A DNA stretch of 62,289 nt, filler included. It is 4 parts of 4 records of this genome, joined end to end, with 100 filler letters (N's around TTAATTAATTAA, not from the genome) between each part and the next. Parts side by side here need not be neighbours in the genome. Positions count along the whole stretch, not along the records: positions 19,298 to 37,604 come from SRR20825019_2089; positions 37,705 to 55,547 come from SRR20825019_2092; 2 more parts are not named here. One strand, 5' to 3'. A model generated the notes under the pieces. The model worked only from the letters and a program-made list of their open reading frames with translations. It made no database searches and was not told where the DNA came from. A program made the translations under genes and the position numbers. Shown here piece after piece: positions 30,994 to 41,543 of the stretch. Each line of letters starts with the position of its first letter. Position 1 is the stretch's first letter.

Positions 30994-33900
30994 CTACAAT
31001 AGTGTGTGTGGGGAGGAGGGGTACGATGGCTGCCGTTTTGAGGAGCGATTGGGTGATGGTCGCCGGGATGGACTGCCCCACGTAGTCTCCACACGGCGGC
31101 GAATATTACAAAGCTGATCTAGCATCTCCTGATCTTCTTCAGAGAGAAGGAGGTTCCGCGGGTATGTGGTGGGGGCCGACGATCGCTCCTCCTCGTCCGA
31201 CGAGGACAGTTCAATTGGGGGAAGTGGGGGTGGTGTTGATTGGGCAGGAGGAGAGGATAAGGCACGATTATGGTCATGAGTACCCTCATGGATATCCGTA
31301 CCTGGTGGAAGGGGGCTAGGCTCCTCGTCGTGGTCAGACTCCGGTAGTGCCTTCTTGAGCACAATATCCTCCTCGTCGTCCTGTTGGGCCCCAATGTCGT
31401 TGAGGAGCACCTCCATAGCCCCCACCTCCACATCAGGGAATTGGGTATTCCTTCGACGAACCCCAAGGGGGACGACCCTCCCATCCACCTCCCACAGCAC
31501 GGCCCCCACAGGGGTGGGGCTAGCCTTGCCCATGTAGGTAAGCAGAACACGCACAGGCCCCGCACATACGTAGTGTACAATACGGACCACTGTGAGGGCC
31601 ATCTGTAGCGCGGAGAGGATAGCGATGCCCTCCGTTACACCATCCCCACCCACCCTCTTGGAGGCGAGGGAGGCCAACACCACCAAGGCGGCATTAATCA
31701 ACAGTGCTGATCCAGCAAACCAATTAAAGGCCAATATACGGTGGGGGGTGCAGACAAAGTAGATAGCTGCGCCAACTACATACAGTGCTGCCACCACTCC
31801 ATACAACGGTACGCATTCGTCCCCCGAGGCCAAGGCCAATAGGGCGATAAAGAGGGGTATGGTCGGAGGGAAGGCGGCCCAAATACTAGACTGTAATCGA
31901 TGGTTTGCTACCAGTGCAGCAAAGGCCCGTGATATGGGTACGCGGTTATCTAGCTCGGTCCTGGTGAGGAAGACCTTACACAGCATCAGGGGGAATGAAA
32001 ACGGGGCAGTTGCGGACCTGATATTTGCCAGTCGGTGGTAAGCATTGGGATTTACCCACAACCACCAGCGGGTGGGTACCACCTCCAGGCACCGCCTTGC
32101 CACCAGCATCTCGGTCAAGAGGACGGCCACAATTGGGTACCCAATACATACCCCAATACCGACGCCTCCCAGCACCCCAAACCCATCCCCCTGCAGCAAC
32201 TGTACTCCACACACCGCCATACCGCTCTGCATGAACAATGCCACCGTGAACACAATAGAGGGGCATCTCACGGCCCCGGCACTCTCCATCCAGTTAAGCT
32301 TAGGTACCTTCTCGGCCGCTGCTCGTTGGATGTTGGCCCGTACTATCGATTTGTTCTTGATACACATGTATGCACTTGCCACCAAGGCACACGATAGCAG
32401 TAGCAGCACCAACACCAATATGTTGCCCACCACCAGCCCCTCGCAGGTATCGCTGATAGCCACCACGGATAGGGCTCGGATAGAGGTGGTCGTCTTGCCA
32501 GCGGGGGCACAGTCCATCATCTGGAGGGCAGCAGATAGTTGTGCATCGACGGCGACGGGACTGGCCACAAGTGAGGCTGTGATTGCAACCCCCTCCACAG
32601 CATTCATCGCTGCCTGGCTGAATAGTGGGGGTGATCCGTCGAACACAACCCTGACACCGAACTGGGAGGGCACTCCGAAACCTGCACCCACCAGCCCAGC
32701 TAGCCCGAGGGGACAGGGTAGTGCAGAGGGTGGGATACCAACCCAGTGGTTAGCCCCATGTAGTATGTGGTCCTGTGAGTCGGAGATGGATACCGTCAGC
32801 ACCACCACATACCTCCCCTCTACTACCCCTGATAGCCGCATAGTTGCCGATATGCCCTCCGACAGGGCAATATCGAACCCCTCAGATCCCATTATAAATG
32901 GAAGGGATCTGGAGACGGTTAGGTAAACTACAATGCCCCCTGAGGATACCCACACGCTGTTGGGGACAACAAAGGTAAGCCCTGCTCCATAGTCCGATAC
33001 CCCCAACACACCACGACCATCCACACAACTACTAACCACACCCAGTGAAGCGTTAGAGGGGGTGAGGAGGGCACACATGCCGCTCACCATCTTGGCCATC
33101 TCGGCACATTTAGTCACAGTACGCTCCTCTGTGCGGCTAGTCCTCCCAATTGAGAGGGTAGTATCCACAGAAGTGGAAATGGTCGATGTGATGGTACTGT
33201 TGTGGGAAATGGTGGGAGTCAGCGTCATCGAGTGATTTGGAGATATCGAGGGGGTTGCTGACGTCGATACATTTGTCGAATCAGACGGGGTTACGGATGT
33301 TGTATGGTTCGTCGATATTGAAAGGGTGGATGTGGTAGAAGTATTAGCCCCCGAGCGTGAGAGTGACACCGTTGATGATACGTTCCCTGTGTTGGAAGGA
33401 GTAGGCGTAGCTGAGACGTTGGTGATCGTGGGTGTCACAGACGTCGAACGGTTTGGTGACATCGAAGGGGTTGGCGAAGTGGTAATATTCATGGAGGTAG
33501 TAGGGGATGCGGTCGATGAGTAATTCATTAGAATCGAGGGGGTTGTGGAACGTGAGTGGTTCTTCAAAATAGAGTGGGTCGCGGTAGATGAACGGTTTGG
33601 GGAGATGGAGGGCGTGTCAGTAGCCGTATAGTTTGCTACTAATGTCGGGGTTGCAGATGTCGAGATATTAAGTGAAATCGAGGGAGTTATAGTGGTCGAT
33701 TGGTTTGTTGATGACGCAGTTGGTGATACAGATAGGTTGCTTGTCATGGTGGGTGTCCAGGAGTGGGTGGGGGTGGTAATGGGGGGTAGATCCATCAATA
33801 CGCACCTCTCCATGGGAACGGTACCATACATCCCTCCTAGGGTAGCTAGGGTGGTCGCGCAGCCTACCACGGGGGTGGAGGTAGCTATATCGAAGGCTTG

Positions 33901-35907
33901 ATTACAACACGCAAAGGTGGGTACCACTGGGGTGGTGGATTGTACAAATACACGGGAGGTCGTAGCAGCACCAGAGACGTTGTTGGATGTGAGAAGTAGC
34001 ACAGCCCCCTCCACATTGGCCCCAAGTATTACTATCGTCGAGGTGGTGGTGCTGACATCATTATAATCGGATACGGTGTTGTTGGAGGCCCATATACCCT
34101 GACCCCCTGTGGCATTCACATTGGATATATCCACGACGGAGTTCCAACGTTGTGTCTGCTCCACATCAGGCGGGTGTTCCCCCCTGCTTACCTGGTTGCG
34201 GATGAGTTTAATAGGGGCGTATATGGGTGGGGTGTGCCAGTGGTCGGCGGTGGTATTGTCATAGTAGCTCATCGTTGTGGAATCGTAGTCAAAGGGGGGG
34301 ACGGCAGCGCAGGTGGAAAGCCTCTGTATGGTAGGGGATGTGGCGTTCAGTGTCCCTGTGACAGATAATGCAGATATATTACCGGTGGCCGTGGTGTTTA
34401 CGATGTTGTCCAACAAAATCACTACACCCCCAACAGGCCGATAATAAGGGCAGGAGGCACAGTAGGGTATGTCGTAGTACTCTATCCCCGCACGGCGGCA
34501 TTCGAGCTCCACCACTATAGATTGGGCGGTACTATTGGGGTAGTACCCCACCGATCGCATTAACACGAGGTCCCCCTCTACCTGCCAGATCGATACCTTG
34601 GTGGAGTTGGTACCGGTGTGGACAATAAGATTACGTACGGCAAATACTGCCCCCATGCCCACCTCTAAGGCACCCCGTCGTAGCACCCCACTCACCGACC
34701 CACCAGACACGTTGGTAAGATCGGCCGAGATCGAGTTGTCTGTAATCGACACGAACGGTACCCCCTCGGGGATGGGTGATCCTCCTACGACATCCATAGT
34801 GCCTACATTGCATTCCCCTCGATCGTGTATCCACAGGGCCACATCGACTGCAGACCCATTCCCATTAACATAGGCGAAGAGAGTACTTCCCACAACAGCC
34901 AACCAACCGCTGGTAGACGTGATAGTGAACTTGACATCGTACATGTATAATATTGCCACAGCGGTAGCCATCGATCCCCCCGATATGTTGGCATACAGGG
35001 TATTGCCCAATTGAGAGGGACCGTTGGCAAGTATGTTGGTGAGCCACTGTGGGAGGTACTGCGCGGTGGTGTTGAGGACCACATCAGATAGGGTAGAATT
35101 GGGGGCCCCGGACAGCCTTGGATCGGCCCCAATAGACAGCCGACTGCCCTCCCCAATCGACGCGGACACACTCCCCATCATGACACAGCTAGTTGCTACA
35201 TCAATATCGTACGCACATATCCCTGTGTTCCCTACCACTATAAAGTGGCTGTTAGACACGTTACCCCAGCCAACGAGGATAAATCCCACAGTAGTAGATA
35301 CAGTCACATTCGGGGGGCCCTGAGATGTTACGTTCTGGGTGAATGTATTGTTTTGAATAACTATCATCGATTCACTGACATCTCCCCCAAAGTATATGTG
35401 CGAGATATATTTGGATGATTGTGACGAGAGTGTCACATTACTGGCAAACGTACAGTTGGAGATCAGCACAGTGGATCCAGGCTGGAGGGGGGAGGTGATG
35501 ACGATCCCACTCACAGCAAGCGAGGATTCAAACCGGGAGTTGACAATAGTGAGCACCACAGGAAGGAGGGGGGCTGATGCTTTTGTCCTCATTGACCTGG
35601 AGGAGGAGGATATGGTCTCTAATGTGACGGATATGCCATTACCAACCACATCATGGAATGATAACTCTAGACTACTAGTGCCCGACCCATCGGCCACATC
35701 GGACATGACGTCCGCATAGACCACAAGCCCGTTGGCAACCTCACATCCCGCCGTGGCTGTTACCCCCACAAGAGTAGGGTACGTCATGCTAGGCAGTTCT
35801 ACTACAACCCCCTGGTAGGTGGTGCACTCGAATGGGGCCACCGGAACAGCAGAGGCCACCATCATCATACCCCCTAGTAATACACAATATAGCAAATATC
35901 GGCACAT
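30994..35907 (-). CDS. DGF-1-like / bodonid multipass surface protein: signal peptide, beta-rich ectodomain, Thr/Ser stalk, C-terminal transmembrane bundle
   Basis: N-terminal MCRYLLYCVLLGGMMMVASA; beta-helix-like Asn/Ser/Val-rich region; Thr/Ser repeats; GLVVGNILVL..AVRCPS..G..C followed by multiple TM helices. Confidence 0.75.
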   Translation of the reverse strand: MCRYLLYCVLLGGMMMVASAVPVAPFECTTYQGVVVELPSMTYPTLVGVTATAGCEVANGLVVYADVMSDVADGSGTSSLELSFHDVVGNGISVTLETISSSSRSMRTKASAPLLPVVLTIVNSRFESSLAVSGIVITSPLQPGSTVLISNCTFASNVTLSSQSSKYISHIYFGGDVSESMIVIQNNTFTQNVTSQGPPNVTVSTTVGFILVGWGNVSNSHFIVVGNTGICAYDIDVATSCVMMGSVSASIGEGSRLSIGADPRLSGAPNSTLSDVVLNTTAQYLPQWLTNILANGPSQLGNTLYANISGGSMATAVAILYMYDVKFTITSTSGWLAVVGSTLFAYVNGNGSAVDVALWIHDRGECNVGTMDVVGGSPIPEGVPFVSITDNSISADLTNVSGGSVSGVLRRGALEVGMGAVFAVRNLIVHTGTNSTKVSIWQVEGDLVLMRSVGYYPNSTAQSIVVELECRRAGIEYYDIPYCASCPYYRPVGGVVILLDNIVNTTATGNISALSVTGTLNATSPTIQRLSTCAAVPPFDYDSTTMSYYDNTTADHWHTPPIYAPIKLIRNQVSRGEHPPDVEQTQRWNSVVDISNVNATGGQGIWASNNTVSDYNDVSTTTSTIVILGANVEGAVLLLTSNNVSGAATTSRVFVQSTTPVVPTFACCNQAFDIATSTPVVGCATTLATLGGMYGTVPMERCVLMDLPPITTPTHSWTPTMTSNLSVSPTASSTNQSTTITPSISLNISTSATPTLVANYTATDTPSISPNRSSTATHSILKNHSRSTTPSILMNYSSTASPTTSMNITTSPTPSMSPNRSTSVTPTITNVSATPTPSNTGNVSSTVSLSRSGANTSTTSTLSISTNHTTSVTPSDSTNVSTSATPSISPNHSMTLTPTISHNSTITSTISTSVDTTLSIGRTSRTEERTVTKCAEMAKMVSGMCALLTPSNASLGVVSSCVDGRGVLGVSDYGAGLTFVVPNSVWVSSGGIVVYLTVSRSLPFIMGSEGFDIALSEGISATMRLSGVVEGRYVVVLTVSISDSQDHILHGANHWVGIPPSALPCPLGLAGLVGAGFGVPSQFGVRVVFDGSPPLFSQAAMNAVEGVAITASLVASPVAVDAQLSAALQMMDCAPAGKTTTSIRALSVVAISDTCEGLVVGNILVLVLLLLSCALVASAYMCIKNKSIVRANIQRAAAEKVPKLNWMESAGAVRCPSIVFTVALFMQSGMAVCGVQLLQGDGFGVLGGVGIGVCIGYPIVAVLLTEMLVARRCLEVVPTRWWLWVNPNAYHRLANIRSATAPFSFPLMLCKVFLTRTELDNRVPISRAFAALVANHRLQSSIWAAFPPTIPLFIALLALASGDECVPLYGVVAALYVVGAAIYFVCTPHRILAFNWFAGSALLINAALVVLASLASKRVGGDGVTEGIAILSALQMALTVVRIVHYVCAGPVRVLLTYMGKASPTPVGAVLWEVDGRVVPLGVRRRNTQFPDVEVGAMEVLLNDIGAQQDDEEDIVLKKALPESDHDEEPSPLPPGTDIHEGTHDHNRALSSPPAQSTPPPLPPIELSSSDEEERSSAPTTYPRNLLLSEEDQEMLDQLCNIRRRVETTWGSPSRRPSPNRSSKRQPSYPSSPHTLL
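33184..33756 (-). repeat. Degenerate 36-bp (12-aa) coding tandem repeat, about 16 units
   Basis: TPSISLNISTSA / TPTLVANYTATD / TPSISPNRSSTA / THSILKNHSRST / TPSILMNYSSTA etc. Confidence 0.85.
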
Positions 35908-36045
35908 AGCTATACCTTTAATATGAAGGAGTGGAATGTAATATAATACATGATGGCATTACAGCACAGAAATATAAGCACATGGACATTGGTAGTTCAA
36001 AGTGACAGGCGTTAAATATATGTACAAATAAATGTTCAACACACG

Positions 36046-37604
36046 CTAGGGGTAGTTATAGAAACCAAAGAGGGGAAATGTGTCCAACATGGCCCTCCCA
36101 TCGCGGGGATTGGGTCGGCCGCAGATGGAGAGGGAGGGGATGGTGAGGGAGGTGAGGGAGGCCAACCCAAGGTATCCACCGGCCTGGATATCCACATCAT
36201 CAGATCGGCGAGGAAGGAGGAGGGGGGTGGCATCGAACCCCTCGTCGAACGTACCATGGAATATAGTGTCGCTGCACGACGTTGCAATACCGTTCCTCAT
36301 CTGATCAGACTGCCCCAGTGTGAGGGGTAACACCTCCTGCTGGAGGGTATCAAATGTGGTAAAGACGTAGGATTGGACAGGGTTGGGTAGAACCTCAACA
36401 TAGGAGGTATTCTGTAGATTGCATATCTTCCTTCCCCTCATGGTGAATGTATCGTCGTCTATGAGGATGTCATTGTAACAGTAGGAATAACCATAGGTGG
36501 CGAGGAGGACGGGGCTGCGATCGGTGGGCTTGAAGTAGGGGGAGTTGACAGTGGTATCCTGGTCGAGTAAAGTAACCTTAGGGGTCACGCCCACCCCCAG
36601 TAGCACAGGCACCTTATCCCCAACCACACGAGGGGTATCACCAGATGATGATGCGGTTATGGTTGATACGAACACCTTCCTGTCATACGACCACATGGCA
36701 ACACCATAGCAACTAATAAGGTTACAGTGCCAGGCAGCACCCAAACCCTCCGATCCTGTGATGGCGTTGGCGTTGGTAACGCCGACGGGGCGGGACCATA
36801 GCTGTGTGGGCATGGTATGGTTGGTGTAGAGGGTGGCCACTACCGAGGACGAGATCGCACTGACAGCCAACACGTGTTGATGGGTGAAGGAGTATGACTG
36901 TGCGCCGGCCACAATGCCCGTTAGGAGGATGGGGGTGGATGAGATGATCTTACCGACCGCCATCGTGGGGGTAAGCTGTAGAGCTATCCGTAGGTAGGTA
37001 GACGTGGTACCTCCCAGCAACACCTCGATGTCATAGCCCTCCAGGGAGGCAGCATAGACACCAGTAATACGACTACCAAACTGGGAGGGGTTGAACAGGG
37101 GGAGGAGGGCGATGGTGTGGAGGGTGAGCACCCCCCTGGCACCTCGGGTATGGATGGATAGCTGGAAGTTGGTAGAGTCCCCTAATATGAGAGTGAATGT
37201 AACTAGCAGCTCCTCCCCGTGGAACATCACAGTAGCAGCAGAGGGGGTGATGGTGTTGTTGGCCCCAAAGTCGGAGTGTGAATACTTTCCGGTACTGCTG
37301 GAGGTGAAGACGTGGAAGAGGGAGGGGTCTCCGTTGAAGGCGACTAAGGCCCCAGCAGCATGTACATACCCATAACTTGCAAATAGCTGGAACCACTGGT
37401 TGACCTGATCCTCGTCCTCCGGCTCCCAAGCTACTACCGCATAGGACGAATTTACAAACTTAAACAGACCACCCTGGCCGAGCCAATCCCATGCTCCCTT
37501 GTCCGAGTAGGCCATGTTGACCATCTGCATCCTGCCCGCTATTCCGATGTTGGTAGTGGCACTGGTATGGTCCCCTGTCCATGTGGAGTTCCAGGGGGCG
37601 TATC
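36046..37604 (-). CDS. 5'-truncated hypothetical protein, beta-rich, probably secreted or lumenal
   Basis: Frame stays open upstream of ATG 37530 to the contig edge; Thr/Ser/Val/Gly-rich with several Cys and N-x-S/T sites. Confidence 0.7.
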
Positions 37605-37704
37605 NNNNNNNNNNNNNNNNNNNNNNNNNNNNNNNNNNNNNNNNNNNNTTAATTAATTAANNNNNNNNNNNNNNNNNNNNNNNNNNNNNNNNNNNNNNNN
37701 NNNN
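37605..37704. other. Artificial contig-joining spacer
   Basis: 44 N + TTAATTAATTAA + 44 N. Confidence 0.98.
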
Positions 37705-37826
37705 AAAGTGAAGTGGGCACTTGCTAATTTTGTCTGAAAACGAACCACACACTCTTTAAGCCGCTTTTAAATCGCAAATATCGCTGCAACTCCTCAAAAC
37801 TCAACACCCCACATTTTTGAAATATT

Positions 37827-38966
37827 ATGTGTATTTGTTGTGTTGCAGAAGAACGTTGGAATGATCAATATGGTGACCCCGTCCGGCCCCGAAAGCACGG
37901 TTTTGAGTGGCCCCCAGATCTCCTACAGGTAGTAGCCTGGGTCGTCATTGTTATCCTCTTCGCCATCTTCTGTCTGCTACATTTGTGGATGTATGTACCC
38001 CTCGGTGGTGCTGCATTTATTACTGTTTTGGTAATCCTTGGCCTATGTGGTCTCGTTACCATCGGTCTTAAAATTGCCATCAGTGCCTCCGATCACTCTG
38101 TTGAGGGGGTACTTGATGCTAATGTGGATCGCCTCTCCGACCTCCAGCTCGCCAATCCCCCACCCCCCGGCACCAAGCCCTGCAGCTACTGCCGAATCTT
38201 CGTACCTCTGTCCTCCCGGCACTGTAGTACGTGCGACAAATGCACCCCAAATTTCGATCACCATTGCCGGTGGCTAAACAGTTGCATCGGCGAGCGAAAC
38301 TACAAGTTGTTTTTCGTCTTTATGGTGGCCGCTTGGGTGTCCATCTTCATGACGTTTGTGTCGGCTGTGTATCTCCTTGCGGTGTGGGTTCCCAATTTCG
38401 ATGCGATCGGTGACCGACTGAGGGAGGTCTATACAGGTGCAGGAGGGGGCATTACAGGCTACGATATTGATGGTATTTACAATGGTAATGCCGGTAGTCC
38501 AGGAAAACCCCGTTTTGGTGATTCCTCCGCCCCCGACATCATCCCCAGTGAGGATAACACCGGGTTGGGAGTAATGTGGATGGTGCTTGTGATTGCCGGT
38601 GCCCTGTTGGCACTGTTGGGCCTGGCTGGGCTAGCCCACCTGCTGCGGTACCACATACGCCTTATTAGAGACGGCGAGACCACATATGAGCGAATTAAGA
38701 GGAGGAGGGACGAGAAGCGTACTCGGGGTACATACGTCCGTAGGCAGGACGGGTGCTGTGGTGTCGCAAAGCGTCGCACGTACGCCCCCGCCCCCACTGC
38801 TGCCCCAACTGCCGCAAATGAGCCCACCTACACCTCTTCCTCCAAAGGGGAAGCTGCTGCCGCCGCAACAACCAATCGGTCTGCATTCGCTGTCGAAATG
38901 GTTGCTGTTCAGCCCCGAGGTGATGACGATGAAGAGGATGAGGGTGGTATTACTGTTCACGAGTAG
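37827..38966 (+). CDS. DHHC palmitoyl-acyltransferase (ZDHHC1/11-like N-terminus)
   Basis: CSYC..RHCSTCDKC..FDHHCRWLNSCIGERNY, TTYE motif, four TM helices, RKHGFEWP..LQVVAW. Confidence 0.95.
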   Translation: MCICCVAEERWNDQYGDPVRPRKHGFEWPPDLLQVVAWVVIVILFAIFCLLHLWMYVPLGGAAFITVLVILGLCGLVTIGLKIAISASDHSVEGVLDANVDRLSDLQLANPPPPGTKPCSYCRIFVPLSSRHCSTCDKCTPNFDHHCRWLNSCIGERNYKLFFVFMVAAWVSIFMTFVSAVYLLAVWVPNFDAIGDRLREVYTGAGGGITGYDIDGIYNGNAGSPGKPRFGDSSAPDIIPSEDNTGLGVMWMVLVIAGALLALLGLAGLAHLLRYHIRLIRDGETTYERIKRRRDEKRTRGTYVRRQDGCCGVAKRRTYAPAPTAAPTAANEPTYTSSSKGEAAAAATTNRSAFAVEMVAVQPRGDDDEEDEGGITVHE

Positions 38967-39448
38967 ACTATGCGGTTATATACATCTACCGCTCAGCCCA
39001 CGCATTCAAACAGCGTCCACACACAGACTGAGGGACGAGTGTATTCTATCCCCTCCGTCCCCACTCCTGAAGAGAGGCATATATCTGAAAGCTATTCGCT
39101 AATATTACAGAACTCTCGCAGAATTTTCATTTATTTTAGCGAATTAGAGAGAATATTATAAAATGCCGAGGTGGTTATATTGAAGGGAGAGGTGAAGCCA
39201 CGTATGGGGGGATACATGGACACCTGCTCCTACATACCCCAGCATCACACATTTTACAACACAGCACCAGTCGTCCCGCTACGATTTATACTTTTAAACA
39301 ATCATACTTGAAAGCACTACATTTGCTTGTTTTAGGTTTAATTCCGCATATTTTTCATCCTTTCCCATTCCCATATTAGTTCGTCTCGTTTTATTAAGTT
39401 TCAGCATAGCCACTATCTATTAACAGTTTAATTAATACACATCTAGCA

Positions 39449-41377
39449 ATGAAGGGAATATCAACGCGGTGCGCTTCTATACATCATGGGTATCAAAGTG
39501 TAACAACGAATCATATCAGGACATCATCGTCTGGATACTTTGGTTCATTTGTTTCTAAGTTTCTGGGAGGCGGTGATCAACAGAAAAAGGATGATCTTGC
39601 TGACACCACCAAGCCTGTCACTTCTCAACAATCAGCATCATCAGTACAACAATCGTCAATAAGGGAGGAGGCAGTCACAAGCAAATCATCATTTGCGGCT
39701 AGTAACAGCCATGCGGTGGAGGGTGGCCATGATGTCGACTCTTCCATCTTTTACCCGCCTGTTTTATCGGGGGTTGGTAGTGTTAACAAGGGTGGTAATG
39801 GTGGTGATGTCGAGGGAGGTGGCTCATCGGATGTGGTTACAACTTCAAATTCGCCGACTCACTCGGCATTTGGAAATGATGGGAGTGAGTTGGTCAGTGC
39901 CCCCTCACACCTCATCCCCCCAACCCCCATCGCCCACTTTAGAAGTCCTGATGCAATCCTTGCACAGCGAGCGGTCGACTATGTGGCAAAACGACGCGAG
40001 AAGCTTTTCGAAGAGATGATTGTGTACAACGGTGGAACTGTCGATGACAAAGAGACATTGGGCGAGCACATGATTATGAGAAACTTCTTTCACTTTGGAA
40101 TGTATCACAAGAAGTGGGGGTTTTATCCAAGGCAGTTCCGTAAGTACCGGGATCTGGTCACCAGTGGATTCTTCGATCCCATCCCCTTTGCGAACCTCAG
40201 GAGTCAGACAGACTACGATCACTATGTGGCAAAGATCAACGAGTCCAACCCCGTCTTCATCAGCCCCACACAGCTGTTTCAGCCCTACTATGGCTGGGTG
40301 TTTGCGGAGTATGTAATGGGAGTAGTTCGGGCAAAGTTTGCCCCCGGAGAGCCTCTGGTATTGTACGATATTGGCGCTGGTACAGGAGCTTTTGCAGAGT
40401 CGTTTTTAAACTATTTAGCCGAGTTCCATCCTCATTTCTATGATGTGTGTGAGTACCATCTTATCGAAGTTAGCCCCTCCTTGGTGCAGCTACAGCGTAC
40501 ACGTCTTGTCCACCACTTTCACAAGGTGAGGATTCATAACTGTTCCATTCTGAACTGGAAGGAGAGAGAGAACCGTCGCTGTATGGTGATTGGGATAGAG
40601 CTCCTGTCCACCATGCCCCATGATCACGTCGTGTGGCTGGCAGATGGGGCTTGTTACGAGCACTGGGTCACCATGGTCCACCCTGATAATTTATCGACCG
40701 CCAATGAGCGACACCTCCAACTTCGAGATCCTGCCATCTTGAGGTACCTCAGGTATTTAGACTGGATGCGAGAGGATACCCAACACGCACTCCGAGTACT
40801 ATGTCAAACGGGAGGTCGAGAGAATATCGACGTCCTAAAGTATGACACCATCGAGCCCACCCCCTACGACTCAAGCACCCTGATCGCCAACAAGATTGTG
40901 CACATGAACAACCCCTACCGACAGGCATACCTGCCCACCGCCAGCATGATGATGATCGAAGTTTTGGCTGAGTTCTTCCCCCGTCATCATGCACTGTTTG
41001 CAGATTGGTCTGACTTTACTGAGAACATCAACGGCATCAACGGCCCCATTATTCAAACAAAGAAGCGCATTGGAAAGGACATGTACATTCGTCGCTGCTC
41101 TGCTAAATTCAACGAAAACTTGGGTATGATGGATGTGTGTTTCCCGACCGACTTCCAGCACTTTAAGAAGGTATATTTGCGCCTATTCGGGAACAAATCG
41201 AAGGAGGTGTCCATCATGACCCATCCCGACTTTTGGGCTACCTTTGGTGGCGATAAGACAGCCATCTACACAACGAAGAGTGGGTATAACCCATTGGTAC
41301 AGGACTTTAAGAACTTCAAGGTATTCTCGTCACATCATGTGGATGGGGTGGATGTTGGTATCGACGATGAGCACTAG
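39449..41377 (+). CDS. NDUFAF7/MidA-family SAM-dependent methyltransferase-like protein, likely mitochondrial
   Basis: FISPTQLFQPYYG, LYDIGAGTGAFA, YHLIEVSPSLVQLQ, IELLSTMPHD, DVCFPTDF; presequence-like N-terminus. Confidence 0.8.
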   Translation: MKGISTRCASIHHGYQSVTTNHIRTSSSGYFGSFVSKFLGGGDQQKKDDLADTTKPVTSQQSASSVQQSSIREEAVTSKSSFAASNSHAVEGGHDVDSSIFYPPVLSGVGSVNKGGNGGDVEGGGSSDVVTTSNSPTHSAFGNDGSELVSAPSHLIPPTPIAHFRSPDAILAQRAVDYVAKRREKLFEEMIVYNGGTVDDKETLGEHMIMRNFFHFGMYHKKWGFYPRQFRKYRDLVTSGFFDPIPFANLRSQTDYDHYVAKINESNPVFISPTQLFQPYYGWVFAEYVMGVVRAKFAPGEPLVLYDIGAGTGAFAESFLNYLAEFHPHFYDVCEYHLIEVSPSLVQLQRTRLVHHFHKVRIHNCSILNWKERENRRCMVIGIELLSTMPHDHVVWLADGACYEHWVTMVHPDNLSTANERHLQLRDPAILRYLRYLDWMREDTQHALRVLCQTGGRENIDVLKYDTIEPTPYDSSTLIANKIVHMNNPYRQAYLPTASMMMIEVLAEFFPRHHALFADWSDFTENINGINGPIIQTKKRIGKDMYIRRCSAKFNENLGMMDVCFPTDFQHFKKVYLRLFGNKSKEVSIMTHPDFWATFGGDKTAIYTTKSGYNPLVQDFKNFKVFSSHHVDGVDVGIDDEH

Positions 41378-41543
41378 CACACATATCGCCTCCCCTTGTA
41401 CGAATCGTACTATTGTTGTCTGTAGTAATAGTAACCATTATTTCGTTTTGTGTTGGATCTTACCTTTTGAATGAAATTAACTATATTATTGTTGTCCCTC
41501 TCGTTTTATGCGCTTCACAAATCAAGAAACCAAACACAAAAAC

